A stretch of DNA of 64,000 nt from Paraphysomonas bandaiensis (Eukaryota; Protista; Chrysophyceae), in contig CBFFRP010000409.1 of the NCBI GenBank assembly GCA_965644295.1, positions 1 to 64,000 on the forward strand. Direction: 5' to 3'. The notes beneath the pieces are model-generated. The model saw only the letters and a program-made list of their open reading frames with translations. It made no database searches and was not told the origin of the DNA. Shown here piece by piece: positions 38,673 through 50,782 of the stretch. A program made the translations under genes and the position numbers. The stretch's first letter is position 1. Each line of letters starts with the position of its first letter.

Positions 38673-39444
38673 ATGGCTGATTGCCTGCAGCTGCAAGTGG
38701 AGGTATATGATCTTGCATGTGTGGTAAGGAGTTGCTAACAGATCACCAAATATATGCAGTGTCTGCAGGCTCAAATTAAATTACTGAGAAATAATGCGGC
38801 GAACCAACCCAATGACTCAAAGGATGCTGGAGAGGATCAAAAGACGAAACGCAAGAAAGCGCCTGTTGATCCCAATAAGCCCAAGTAAGTATCAGTTTCA
38901 TATGATTGCACGCACTGCGCGCTAAGCGATACATTGCAGACGTAACCATTCTGCGTATCAATTATTCATCATGGAAATTCTTCCTAAGTTGAAGCAAGAA
39001 AATCCCGGCATGCAGCAAACGGATATCATGTCTCTAGCGGCGTCACGATGGGGAAAGATGGATGACAGTCAGAAAACGGTATTTGTCCGCTTATTAGTAT
39101 TAGCGTATTAATGTTTTCTCTCCCTTAGAAATACGTTGAGGCTGCGGCCAAGGATAAAATGGAGTATCACCTCAAGTTGGAGCAGTACAACAGTGGAGCT
39201 ACACCTGACGTGGTATCCACACCTTCCTCAAAAGCACCCGCATCCAGCCAGGATGCTTCCTCTGGTGATGATGGCGAGCAATCCTCTCATCAAAAGAAGA
39301 AGAAAAAGAAGGACTCGAAAGAGAAAAGGAGGAAGAGTGACGCTGGGTCGGACAGTGACCACAAAAAGAAAAAGGTTTCTCGTTGACACTTCATGGATAA
39401 TTTTTTAATGTGTTTTTGTCGAACTATAGAAGAAGCACTCCTAA
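38673..39444 (+). CDS. HMG-box protein with Lys-rich tail (5 exons)
   Basis: Spliced: DPNKPK|RNHSAYQLFIMEILPKLKQENPGMQQTDIMSLAASRWGKMDDSQKT|KYVEAAAKDKMEY. Confidence 0.88.
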
Positions 39445-40153
39445 GCGCTGCTCCTTGACATTGAACCGGCGGGAGTATGAATCATGCGAGGTTGCGTTGA
39501 ATGGTAATGCATGTGTTGTAGATTTATAGGAATATAATTCAATTGGCTCAACTTATAAGAAGTACACTGCGTCTTAACACCCAAGCAATTCCCGCTGCAC
39601 TTTATAGCTTTATAGACATATAGATATCACTATTCTAGGTTAGTAGCTGGAATGAAATGTAACATTCAGTAGGGTCAGGTTCATGATGTGTTCGGATGAC
39701 TCCCTAGATAAATTAGAATGCGTAATGTCCAGTGGTAGCCTATCACATACCCGAAAACTACAAATGAACACCCCAGAGCTAGGATGACAGCAATATTTTG
39801 CAATATGCTGCTATCAATAACCTGATTGATAGCGAGCACACAGCAATTGCAAAAGCTGAATATTAGATTGTAGATTGCTATTGACCATGAATACGAGAAA
39901 CGTATACATGTATGCCACTATTTAATATAATTTATCCATTCAAACACTGCATCAACTACACTACTGAGTTGAATGGCAGTAATAATAATATTTAACGTGA
40001 TTTATTATGATAAGTTACATTCACATCATGTTGTGTGCAAAATTGATTCGAATGAAAAATTAAGCACCACGTTTCACACATAGACGAAAAGTTTAGATAA
40101 CAGCAGGACTAAACATGAGCCAAACACAGCAGAGAGCTTTCTGCTACACACAC

Positions 40154-41704
40154 TCAAAGCGTCTCACCACAGGCCATTGTGAGGTACCGCCAGCTTCGGC
40201 CCGAGAACAGGTCCTTTGAATTCTGGCACTGTGACCTGAATGGTCCTGCCGAGCGCATAAAGACATCTGACAACGGCGGCGATATCACGTTCCTCATACA
40301 AGTCCACAGTTTCAAACAGGTCATGTTCAGGAACACCAACAGCACGACATGCCCTACAAAAGAAAAAAATAGGGGCTATTAGTACAACGTGGTATACATG
40401 CATGCCGATCGTACTTGAGGAACGCGGAGATGTTCTCCATCTGCATGAATGGGGCGGGTTGCTTGTTAATCCGCTTGACACTTTCTGGTTTGATGTTATT
40501 GATAAGCTTGCAGAGAAGCTCGCCACTCTTTAGTCGTTCAGCAAATGGATGCGGGTGAAAGGCTTCGCCAGTTATAGCCTGTATCCACTCCGTGGCCTCC
40601 TCAGTGAGAAGAGCTTGGTCTTCCTGCATACAAGACGCGATCAGAAAGCATACACGATGTGTAAAATTAAACGTGTAAGAATCACACAGACTAATCACCT
40701 GTGTATCTAAACAATACTATAACATACAGAATGAACTCAGTAATAATGAAGGTATACTATTACCTTCTCCAAACCTCTAGCTCTAGGTGGGGTTCGAGCG
40801 CCGAGCGGTTGAGTCTGTGAAGGTGGATTGGATGAATTCTGTGCTATTGGCTTTACCGTAGTATCATTACTTTCACTTGCGACAAGGTTGTTTACAGTAT
40901 TCGATTCACCAATCCGCAGACTGGTTAAGTGAGGGACGGGACTTAGGGCTCTTCCCTTTCCTCCCGGTACAGGGCTAATGGAGCTCGCACGCTTGTTTAC
41001 TAGAGTACTGGTACGGGCACTGACTCCAGGCCCTGTCGAGGTCGGTGTATTTCGCCCGTTCACTGGGGATCGACTAGGTGATCGACTAGGCGTTCGACTA
41101 GGAGTGCGCTTACCAGAGCGTGGGCTCGGGGAAGGTGACTTAGAAAGAGAGCGAAAAAACATGCGAGGTGGACTGGGGCTGTTGGAAGACGGAGGCGGAG
41201 GAGGTGGTACAAAATGGTCACCTAAATCTACCGTGGCCATGTAAGGTCCAGAGTATTCTGGTACAGTGGTTTTAATGGTTCGGGAAAGTGCATGAAGGCA
41301 TGAGATAACCCTGCCGATATCCTTCGCTTCATACAAATCCACTGTCTCAAACAGCTCATGTTCCACCATTCCTACTTCTCTACATGCTTTCAAAAAATTG
41401 GATATATTCTCCATTTCTTTGAAGGCCATTGTGGCGGTTTCTATTTTGCGCACACTGTTCGGCTTAATCGCATTAATTAATTTACACAAGACTTGACCAT
41501 CTTTCAGTGCAATGCCGAACTCTCCAACTAGTGTCTCGCCCGTTACTTCCTCCACCCAGTTTCTACGAGGTGATATGCATGAGATCACATGTATGTGTGT
41601 ATGTACATATCTCACCGGGCATATTTGCGGTATAAGTAATTCCTCTGCTCCTTAGCGGCTTGTTTAAGAGATAAATCAGAGTCAGGTTTAGGTGATGAGC
41701 TCAT
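40154..41704 (-). CDS. Tandem calponin-homology (transgelin/myophilin-like) protein
   Basis: Two CH domains (LKDGQVLCKLINAIKP..MENISNFLKAC..LFETVDLYE; LKSGELLCKLINNIKP..MENISAFL..LFETVDLYE) separated by a Ser/Pro-rich linker. Confidence 0.9.
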
Positions 41705-42058
41705 TGTTATCACTGTGATATGATTGTATTGAGAGGGTTACTGTGATATAGTGATATATGCATATATGCCTGAGTAGCTATATGTGTGTATGTCATCTAG
41801 AAGACAGAGCGATTTCTTACATATGGAGACTGTAGTTATACTCCTCCCCAGTGCGAACCATCTAAATTTCCCAATTTTATAGGGATATTGACATATTTTC
41901 CGGTATTTTAGTTTTTTACAGGAGAAATATCGGCATATTTTACAACCGTATAAAGAAGCGAATGGCAGTGGTGAGGACTCTCTATATGATAGAGTTGCAA
42001 CCCCATCAACTGCAAACAACAGCAATCCCCTCTCATCCTTGCATCATACCCATTGACA

Positions 42059-42373
42059 ATGTCACCGCCTAGGAAATTAAAAGATGTCCTTCCTCTGCAG
42101 GTGTTTATCCACAGACAGCAGGTGCTCCGTATGTTTCGGTCTATGCTAAGGTCAGCAATGGTTATAGAGCGACCAGAGGTTAGAACAGACTTGACATTCC
42201 AGATTCGTTCTGAATTTGCTAAAAACAAGTCCATTACGGATAAAATGGCTCTAAGGACGTTATTAACAGAGGGAACGAGACAGTTGGAAGTATTACGCCG
42301 TATGGGCCCATCACACGATAGTAATGACACGAAAGATGTCGGGACTGGATGGCCATGGCAACGAAATCAATAA
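42059..42373 (+). CDS. LYR-motif protein (LYRM2-like)
   Basis: LPLQVFIHRQQVLRMFRSMLR...IRSEF..NK.ITD....R.LL.EG.RQL. Confidence 0.8.
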   Translation: MSPPRKLKDVLPLQVFIHRQQVLRMFRSMLRSAMVIERPEVRTDLTFQIRSEFAKNKSITDKMALRTLLTEGTRQLEVLRRMGPSHDSNDTKDVGTGWPWQRNQ

Positions 42374-43142
42374 TATTATCTTTAATGTTGTCTAGGTAGC
42401 GAAATTGTGTGTGTTATACATCTAGTTTTTGATAAGTGATTGTTGCACTTTTCACGCTTTTCTTTTCACTGCTAACTGTATATCATTCTGTATGGCATGT
42501 AATATAATAGATCGCATCACTACATCTTGGGAATTAAATGATAGTTTGAATATCAGAAAGTTTTGTTGTCAAAACTCCACAGTCCACACGATTCGTATTG
42601 GATGATGATTGCAATGAAGTAAATGCTATGTGCCGTTATATTCTGTTGCTTGAACTTTGCACAAACCAAGAAGAAAGAAGTTTATATTAGAGGCAGAATC
42701 ATGCTCGCACTAACCCAGATAACCATAGTATTCTCGTGTTTAGTTCAACAAGAACTATAAAGGAGCACTACGAACTACGAAGTATTGTTCGTGTACGACT
42801 ATGGTTTCTAAACATTTTCCTAATCTATAAGTCCGTGAAATAGTTGAAGTGCAACCACAAAAAGACACACGTTGCCATCCCCACTATACTTGTAATATAC
42901 AAATTTATCTTAGGTAGATATTTACATTTGTTGAGATGTACTTATTGATATAAGAAGGGGTCAGTAGCTAAACGCTAAACTCTGTCCACTGTCCCTGCAA
43001 CTCAAAAGGAAACGATGAGCCTACTAACCTCCCTACTATATACTAACTACAGGTTCAGCAGAAAAGTAAAAAATTTAATTCGCGAATATGTACATATTAT
43101 TCACATAGTAACACTGCACTAAGAAAACTGCATAAGTCGAAC

Positions 43143-44144
43143 CTAGTGTACAAGTTCCCTGCTTTCAGGGGAATTTACGCTTGGCACAATTTGAGACTTT
43201 CTTAACGTGCTGAAACATGTATACAGTGCTCGCATAAGCACATAGAGACCAGAAGCCACGAATATCTCAAAATCATACTTCAAAATATCCGGATACAATG
43301 TAATAATCGGTTCAATACTTCTACCTGCGGATGCATTGACTAGAATTTGGTCGAGTTTTCGTACCGCCCAGTGGTCTGATTCCGGTAGCCAAGTCGAGTT
43401 GTAATGATATACCATAGCTGTGGATCTAGGAGAGGCGGTGGCAGGGACTGCACGCGGTAACTGCTTCGTCCATTTAGAAAAATGGTATGCAATCGTTGCC
43501 GCGTCTCTTTTTTTCCCATATTTTCTAGCCAGAATACCTTTGTGAAAGAATAGCAATTTCGGAAACGAACGAACATTGTATTGTGCACACATGTTATGAA
43601 ATTCATATCCAATTCCAAAATATATAGTGATAGATGGAAACATTGGAGCAACTACTTGGAGAGAATCTATTAATTCATATGAAAAGGGGTGCTTTGGTAA
43701 GACAAGAGCGAATGCTAAATAGTCGTGTACTGTATATTCATCGTCAGATGTAGATCTAGATTTGTTCTTCTTGCCATTACTGCTGGAGTTGGTCTTCTTT
43801 AAATCATTTCCTTGTCCCGTTTTCTGTGGAATGTCCTTTGGATCCACCTTTTTAAAAGACACTTGAGTCGCACTGAGAACACGAGGAAAATACTTCTCAT
43901 TCGCACAGACTGAAACCATTTCACTTATAAATGCATTAGTCATATTGGTATCTTCATATAAATCACATATTTGGTTATCAGCGACGACACTGTCATACGT
44001 CCTATAGTCTATACTGTACTGAACGAAACGCTTTACGATCTTATACTGTACAGGAGATGTGCTGTTCCTCCTGTGCGCTGTCACAGGTATAGTGATAGCC
44101 ACCAGTAAACTGATCAATAATACTATGAAATATTGCAGTGACAT
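43143..44144 (-). CDS. Secretory-pathway thioredoxin-fold membrane protein (TXNDC15-like)
   Basis: Signal peptide MSLQYFIVLLISLLVAIT; HPFS in place of CxxC; YNVRSFPKLLFFHKG; C-terminal TM. Confidence 0.7.
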   Translation of the reverse strand: MSLQYFIVLLISLLVAITIPVTAHRRNSTSPVQYKIVKRFVQYSIDYRTYDSVVADNQICDLYEDTNMTNAFISEMVSVCANEKYFPRVLSATQVSFKKVDPKDIPQKTGQGNDLKKTNSSSNGKKNKSRSTSDDEYTVHDYLAFALVLPKHPFSYELIDSLQVVAPMFPSITIYFGIGYEFHNMCAQYNVRSFPKLLFFHKGILARKYGKKRDAATIAYHFSKWTKQLPRAVPATASPRSTAMVYHYNSTWLPESDHWAVRKLDQILVNASAGRSIEPIITLYPDILKYDFEIFVASGLYVLMRALYTCFSTLRKSQIVPSVNSPESRELVH

Positions 44145-44504
44145 TATGTACAGGTGGTGTGATAGGACTACTTGACATAGACGAGTGTATGTATATATAT
44201 ATATATATGATATCGCTATGCTGTACAAGCCTCTATATACATAGCAGCACTGGTCCACTGATACTGTCTGTCACACCCCACACACAACAAAAGTGTATCA
44301 TACTTATAGGAAAACACCTTTTTTTATGAATAAGAATACAAAAAATCACTAATTTTATTGACTTCTGACATCTGAAAAATGACATTTACTGATTTTGCTT
44401 GTTGATATTGCTTTGGCTTATGTATAGCAGCAGTACACACTCCTGCACTGGTCATGCATCTCACACACTCCATCAGACTCACGTAACCTCATCATATCAT
44501 CAGT

Positions 44505-46133
44505 ATGGGTATGTTGAGTATATCTGATCTCAACGATGACGTGATTCGTATCATCATCTCTATGATCCCACACAAAGCTCTCCTTCCTGTGATGATGACT
44601 TGCAAGAGACTTCACGATATGGCTGATAACACGAGAGCTAAGAGCAGAGACAAGAGCAGAGAGAGACTTGAGTCACATGCATCTCACTACTGCATGTCCA
44701 ACTCCATGGTCTCATGGGCTCTGTCTATGGGCTGCCCTCACCTCAAACTAATGGATACATGTGCACTATACGGCAGACTACAGCAGATGAAATACTTACA
44801 CACACATATATATACACATACACATACACATAATGCAGATCATGCTTCTATTGAATTGAATACACATCAGTGGCTTCATGCACAGCACCCTCCGTGTCCA
44901 TGGAATTCACAGACATGCAGCGCTGCAGCAAGAGGTGGACACTTGGATGTTCTGAGATGGCTTCGTTCACAGGACCCTCCATGTCCATGGGATCACTGGG
45001 CATGCAATACTGCTGCGCAGGGTGGGCACTTGGATGTTCTTCGATGGCTTCGTTCACAGGACCCTCCATGTCCATGGAGTTTATATACTTGCAAAGCTGC
45101 TGCAGAAGGTGGGCACTTGGATGTTCTGAGATGGCTTCGTTCACAGGACCCTCCATGTCCATGGCATGAATGGACTTGCACAGTTGCTGCAAAGGGTGGA
45201 CACTTGGATGTTCTTAGGTGGCTTCGTTCACAGGACCCTCCATGTGCATGGGATGGACAGACATGTTGGTCTGCTGCAGATGGTGGACATTTGGATGTTC
45301 TGCAGTGGCTTCGTTCACAGGACCCTCCATGCCCATGGAGTGAATATACTTGTATAGTTGCTGCTAGATGTGGGCACTTGGATGTTCTGAGATGGCTTCG
45401 TTCACAGGACCCTCCATGTCCATGGGATCACTGGGCATGCAATACTGCTGCGCAGGGTGGGCACTTGGATGTTCTTCGATGGCTTCGTTCACAGGACCCT
45501 CCATGTCCATGGAGTTTATATACTTGCAAAGCTGCTGCAGAAGGTGGTCACTTGGATGTTCTTCGATGGCTTCGTTCACAGGACCCTCCGTGTCCATGGA
45601 ATGAACGGGGTTGCATAGTTGCTGCACAGGGTGGGCACTTGGATGTTCTTAGGTGGCTTCGTTCACAGGACCCTCCATGTCCATGGGATGGACGGACTTG
45701 TAGTTCTGCTGCAGATGGTGGACATTTGGATGTTCTGCAGTGGCTTCGTTCACAGTTCCCTCCATGTCCATGGAATGAATGGACTTGCACAGTTGCTGCA
45801 GAGGGTGGGCACTTAAATGTTCTTAGGTGGCTTCGTTCACAGGACCCTCCATGTCCATGGAATAACAAGACTTGCGAAGCTGCTGCAAGAGGTGGACACT
45901 TGGATGTTCTTAGGTGGCTTCGTTCACAGGACCCTCCATGTCCCTGGGATGAATTTACTTGCAGTGCTGCTGCAGAGGATGGGAACTTAAATGTTCTTAG
46001 GTGGCTTCGTTCACAGGACCCTCCATGTCCATGGAATGAACGGACTTGCAGTGCTGCTGAAATAGGTGGGCACTCGGATGTTCTGGATTGGCTTCGTTCA
46101 CAGGACCCTCCATGTCCAATGTCCATGTTTTGA
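44505..46133 (+). CDS. F-box-like domain plus 14 ankyrin-like 29-aa repeats
   Basis: LSISDLNDDVIRIIISMI...MMTCKRL (F-box-like); repeat WxxxxCxxAAxGGHLDVLRWLRSQDPPCP. Confidence 0.88.
   Translation: MGMLSISDLNDDVIRIIISMIPHKALLPVMMTCKRLHDMADNTRAKSRDKSRERLESHASHYCMSNSMVSWALSMGCPHLKLMDTCALYGRLQQMKYLHTHIYTHTHTHNADHASIELNTHQWLHAQHPPCPWNSQTCSAAARGGHLDVLRWLRSQDPPCPWDHWACNTAAQGGHLDVLRWLRSQDPPCPWSLYTCKAAAEGGHLDVLRWLRSQDPPCPWHEWTCTVAAKGGHLDVLRWLRSQDPPCAWDGQTCWSAADGGHLDVLQWLRSQDPPCPWSEYTCIVAARCGHLDVLRWLRSQDPPCPWDHWACNTAAQGGHLDVLRWLRSQDPPCPWSLYTCKAAAEGGHLDVLRWLRSQDPPCPWNERGCIVAAQGGHLDVLRWLRSQDPPCPWDGRTCSSAADGGHLDVLQWLRSQFPPCPWNEWTCTVAAEGGHLNVLRWLRSQDPPCPWNNKTCEAAARGGHLDVLRWLRSQDPPCPWDEFTCSAAAEDGNLNVLRWLRSQDPPCPWNERTCSAAEIGGHSDVLDWLRSQDPPCPMSMF
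44901..46118 (+). repeat. 14 x 87-bp coding tandem repeat
   Basis: Exact 87-nt period; 14 x 87 = 1218 bp. Confidence 0.95.
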
Positions 46134-46214
46134 AATGATATGCTTCCCTGCTGCATAGTATGGAAATTTGGATGTTTTGAAATATCTTTATTTATATTAG
46201 ACATTATGGCCTAG

Positions 46215-46543
46215 TTTTTAGGAATCAATCATTCCCACAAGAGCATATCACCGTCCCTCAAGAAACCCTCAGGACCTCGACAACGACGCCGTCTCCTGCA
46301 ACTTTACCTGTGCCCGAGGCCCGAACGGTGCACTGCGACAGCGCCAAATTCCAACTCTCAATCCACCTCTCAGCCCACACATGTAGCACTCGGTGCACTC
46401 AGGACCTTCCTACAAAACCCGGTACCACCACAAAGCCCTGTGGAGTCTCATCCCAAGGGGAGACCCCCTGATCACAATCAACATTAAGAACGGAAGTGGT
46501 TGCACCTTGGTGCTTGCGGCGACGCACAAGCAGCTTCTGTAGC
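46215..46543 (+). mobile_element. Probable 5'-truncated non-LTR retrotransposon 3' end carrying the shared 3' stem-loop
   Basis: Stop-free frame 46215-46487 ending ...HPKGRPPDHNQH*, then the 3' module also found at 3575-3642 and 59437-59493. Confidence 0.55.
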
Positions 46544-47633
46544 TCGTAATAGTAGGATAATAGAGCCTAGTCAAAGTATCATGAGGAGTGTGTCTCTCAT
46601 CAGTCTTACAGTATCATGAGGAGTGTGTATGACAGGCACCACAGAATAATATCTATGTTGTACGGGAGATTCCTTAATGATCAAGCGCAAACCCAATATC
46701 GCTTGTGAGGTATGTAAAATACATTTATAGCTCTCTACATATCTTAATTATGTGCTCAGGGGACATTGATGTGAAGCACATGTTAATTTCCATCAAGACT
46801 CACAATGCAGCTAGGTCCCTCATCAACGGTGAACCCACCGATGTCATCGCCCTTGGGAAGCTATGGAACAGCACCGGACATGGTCACGAGAAACTGTCCA
46901 ATTCTCATTGGAATGCAACGTTATAATGTTATGTATTGCATGTATACAATATATGCATTTATTAATTGATGGCTAGAGTATGCTCCCATGGTTGAATGAA
47001 AATTTTTATTTTTGACTAGGTGAATACCGTAAATCATAAACACCTAGTCATTGTAAACTAAAAATATGAATTATTAAATGACTAGGTTTTTACACCAATT
47101 TTGGTGTGACTAGGAAATTACGCCAATTTGACTAGAGGTCCAATGATAGATCCCGCTGATTAATGATACTAATATATAATATATAGCAATTGTACTGTTG
47201 ATCGGGTTAGAAAAGCATTGCATTATTATTGACAGTTGAAGGGATGATAACCTACTATACTATTACAATACATTGTTCCTTAGCCCTGATATATATTATT
47301 GTCGTACTCTGTCAAAGGAACGAGTTGTTGGAAGATTTTTCTTCATTAATTATGCTCTCGTCTGTCAATTAAGAGAACGAGCGAAGTGTTTACATACTTA
47401 CTTGTGGATCGCCATCCTCCTACCATGCAATATCTATATCTTTCTGCTTTTATAACTAACATTAAAACATTTATTACAATGACTAGGTATTACTACTAAT
47501 ACGTAATGTGCGATGTGCGTGAATATATATAATTCGCGAGGTTGCATACGGTGTACGGCCTGAGACTATTCTGTATTATTACTACACACAGTTGAAAAAT
47601 GTTGCATATTAACATGTAGCTAGTTGCTGAAGT

Positions 47634-49517
47634 TTATGAACTAACTTTCTGTTTCTTTGACTTCTTAGTAGTCTTTGAAGCTGCTGTTGCTTCTTCTTTG
47701 ACAGCCTGGGAGCCAGCAGCAGCCGTGCTGGCACTCTCAGCAGCCTCAGTTTTTTTCGACGACTTCGATGAACTCGAAGATTTACTTTCTCCCGCGCCAT
47801 CTGTAGCGTTGTCGCCTTCTGATATAGCAGATGCTTTTCTCTTCTGTGTTCTTTTCTCCGTCTGAAATAAAAATATTACAATTACATCACATTTCAGCTC
47901 GACAGAGCACAGATACACATACTTTCTTCGTTCCAGCTTTGGAGGAGGGCTGCCTGCCCTGGGAGACTGGAAGCGGAGGAGGGAGCACTGCGGCAACAGT
48001 CGGTTTAACGTAGTGCTCAGTCAGCTCTTTGTCCGACGAATCAATTAGAACACTCGCATGTGGAATCACAAATCCAGCGCCAGAATCTACAGTCCCAAGG
48101 TCAATATATGTAGACGATGAAAGAAGTGTACTCACTCTTCTTAGACCTAGACCCAGATTCATATGTCGCCCGAAGTGTCACAAGATCTTTTTCTTTCTTC
48201 GCCAGTGTGTTCTGCAAACTTAGCAGGGTGGCTGCGTTTCTTCTCACCTGGTCATTGAGGTCGCACACTGCGCGGGTAGGCAAGAGGCGGTCGGGCATAC
48301 CCTGTTCTTGTAGATAGAGCACAAGCTTTTTCATGAATGATTTAGACATATCCGGGTTTAGAACTTTTTGATTCTGTTCAGAGTGTAGAGCAAGTCGCGC
48401 ACTCTGTAGGCAGGGGTTCCCAGGGGATGGTTTAAGACCTCTTCCTGATGGATCGGAAATACCCCCTCCATACATCATAATGGGGGGAACCAAGTTGGAT
48501 GCGGACCCTGGTTGCGACTGACCCATAGAAGCATTGAATGCAGCAGCATTACGGGCAGCTGCTTCGGCAGCAGCGGTAGCAGCGGCGCTCGTACTGGGCT
48601 GCTTGGGCTACTGACAGTAAGATACAAGAAATATCACATTGTTCAAGCAAACCTGTTTTTTTATTTTCTTTAGAGCGGCATCGACTGCCTTGAGCTCCTC
48701 CCTAAGCTTAGCTTCTTCTTCTACCTGTGCAAAAGTTCTATGTATAGAGAAAATACGTCAGTTGATGGTAAGTTGGAGGATATGCAATACTCACTGGTGA
48801 AACAAGATGTCTTGCTGTTTTCTTCTCGCCCGTTCATACTCAGCATTAAAAACACTGCAGGGCTGGTGTCTGTTCGAAAATTCTCCCTGTCCAGAGTGTT
48901 GGGCTTTTAATTTCGAGACAATGAAATAATATCTCGCCATTAGCTCCTCAGTCGTCCGAGGTGGTGTTGGCTCGTAGCGATCAGCGATCACGGGCCATCG
49001 AAGGTCATACCTGTGACATAAATACATCAAGTGGTCGGTCTCAGACCGCGTCCAAAGCGCGCTTTGCAACATTGATTCATACTCCGCATCAGTATATTGT
49101 ATGGGTTCTAATTTGACATTGAACTTAGCGTATGGGTAATCGAATCCTTGCTGCTCTGACTTAATCCAATGGCATAACTCAAGGTTATCACTAATACAAC
49201 AAAATAACCGATTAGAGACCCAAAGTGCGATTTTATGAGTATTGATACCTTCTAGCTGAATTTCGGAAAGGAGCCCACACCCACTTGCCTTTCATTGCAT
49301 TCTGACGCTTATCCTTGAACAAGGGCCCCTGATTGGTCTGTACAGCGGGGGCGATGCCGTCCTCTCCCACTAGTGCAAACAGCTCTCTGCTCATTCCTTT
49401 CGGTTTGCTTTTAATCTTCGATGAGCTTTTTGGTTTCTCACCAAGTATTCTCGCAGCATCGTCCTGGCTACTAGAGGCATGTTTGTTCATGCCCAGTATA
49501 TCCGCAACGTCTCCCAT
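47634..49517 (-). CDS. DMAP1: SWR1/NuA4 subunit SWC4/EAF2/DMAP1 (multi-exon)
   Basis: MGDVADILG, GMSRELFAL, WVWAPFRNSAR, YPYAKFNVK, WTRSETDHL..LC.RYDLRWPVIADRY, PTRAVC. Confidence 0.92.
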
Positions 49518-50369
49518 GATATTAATCTGATCCCTCACCTCAATCAAAACAAATAAAAATAAAAGATGATCACTTCCAATTCGCAGTGATAGAGGAGTAA
49601 TCTGAATGCACGGGTTTCTATCAACTTAAGTTGCTATCATGAAGTGTGTATGCATGTGCATATTATGGTATTTAATTTAATGCAAAGCACGGCATTTTAT
49701 CTCGATATCATAAAATCAAACTTTTCCTACAATAAACTGCATTTTTATAACTTTAAACTAGAAACTGTGTATTTTTGGACAGCAAAATCAGCAGCACAAC
49801 ATACATAAGTATACCGTATACACAGCACTGTAGTGCAGGGGGGTCTCTACACATGCATGGACTTGGCCTCATATCATGTGCATGATCTTTATGTAACACG
49901 CTGCTACATAATGCGAAACAAATTCAATGATTAGCCCTTCCCGTCTCAGGGAAAGTCGCTAGAGATCATCTATCAGCGTGGGTCAACTCTATATACTGAT
50001 AATCAGTAGGAGGCGTCACTTAAAGAAGTGGCAACAGATGGAGACCCTTCCTTCACATGTAAGTTATGAGTTGTACGTGAGCTCTGCGCAGAGAGCTATA
50101 TGAAGGGACTGTTGAATAAGAGGATGATACCGTACGCTCTCTTTAGGGAAGGACAATTCTGCTTCATTGTATATTGATGAGAACACATTCAGTAATTTTA
50201 ATAGTGCTGAACTTGTTGTATAATTCAGTCATATCTCTTTTGTGAATACCGTATTAGTCTACTTATATCTACACTATCTACATGACTACAAAAAATAACA
50301 TAACATCCATACATTACTGCACTCCTTGTACTATTAAGTACTATTTTTGACTTTACCATCGCTGTCCAT

Positions 50370-50670
50370 AAAATCGCGGTAATATAGTTGTCCCTACTAA
50401 ATTTAACCGACGTTCCAACTAAACAAGAAATTGTCATTTGTTCCTACGAATTTTGCTGACATCCCTATATTATTAAACACGGCAGCAAATGTTTCAGACA
50501 TTCCTACTAAGTTAAGAAGTTTCGATTCTACTAAGTTGAACAACTACGGCTCAACTAATTTACTAGGTACATCTGCAAAATATAGTAGGAAGTAATGGCA
50601 CTTTGTAGTTTAGTAGGAACGTAGGAACACATGGAGAATTTAGTAGCTTTAAAAAACACCGCATAAACAA
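50370..50670. mobile_element. Degenerate MITE-like element with long imperfect inverted arms
   Basis: ctactaaatt..cgttccaactaaac..ttcctacgaattttgctga is mirrored by tctgcaaaatatagtaggaa..gtttagtaggaacg..aatttagtag. Confidence 0.5.
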
Positions 50671-50782
50671 ATCGTGAACAACTCAAAGGAGAAGTAAATA
50701 TCTACAAAAAATTCTTCGAATTAATTAAAGTAAAAAATCGTCCACACAAAGTTTATGTAATGAGCACATTAAAGATAATGAC

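Noticed and set aside
44901-46118. Constant-plus-variable repeats resembling a CRISPR array
   Set aside because: In-frame 87-bp coding repeats whose variable parts are homologous to each other.
45548-46204. Antisense 218-aa repeat ORF and the many short antisense ORFs in long genes
   Set aside because: Shadow frames of real coding sequence.
46705-46926. Coding-like fragment
   Set aside because: Short, no recognisable domain; probably TE or pseudogene debris.
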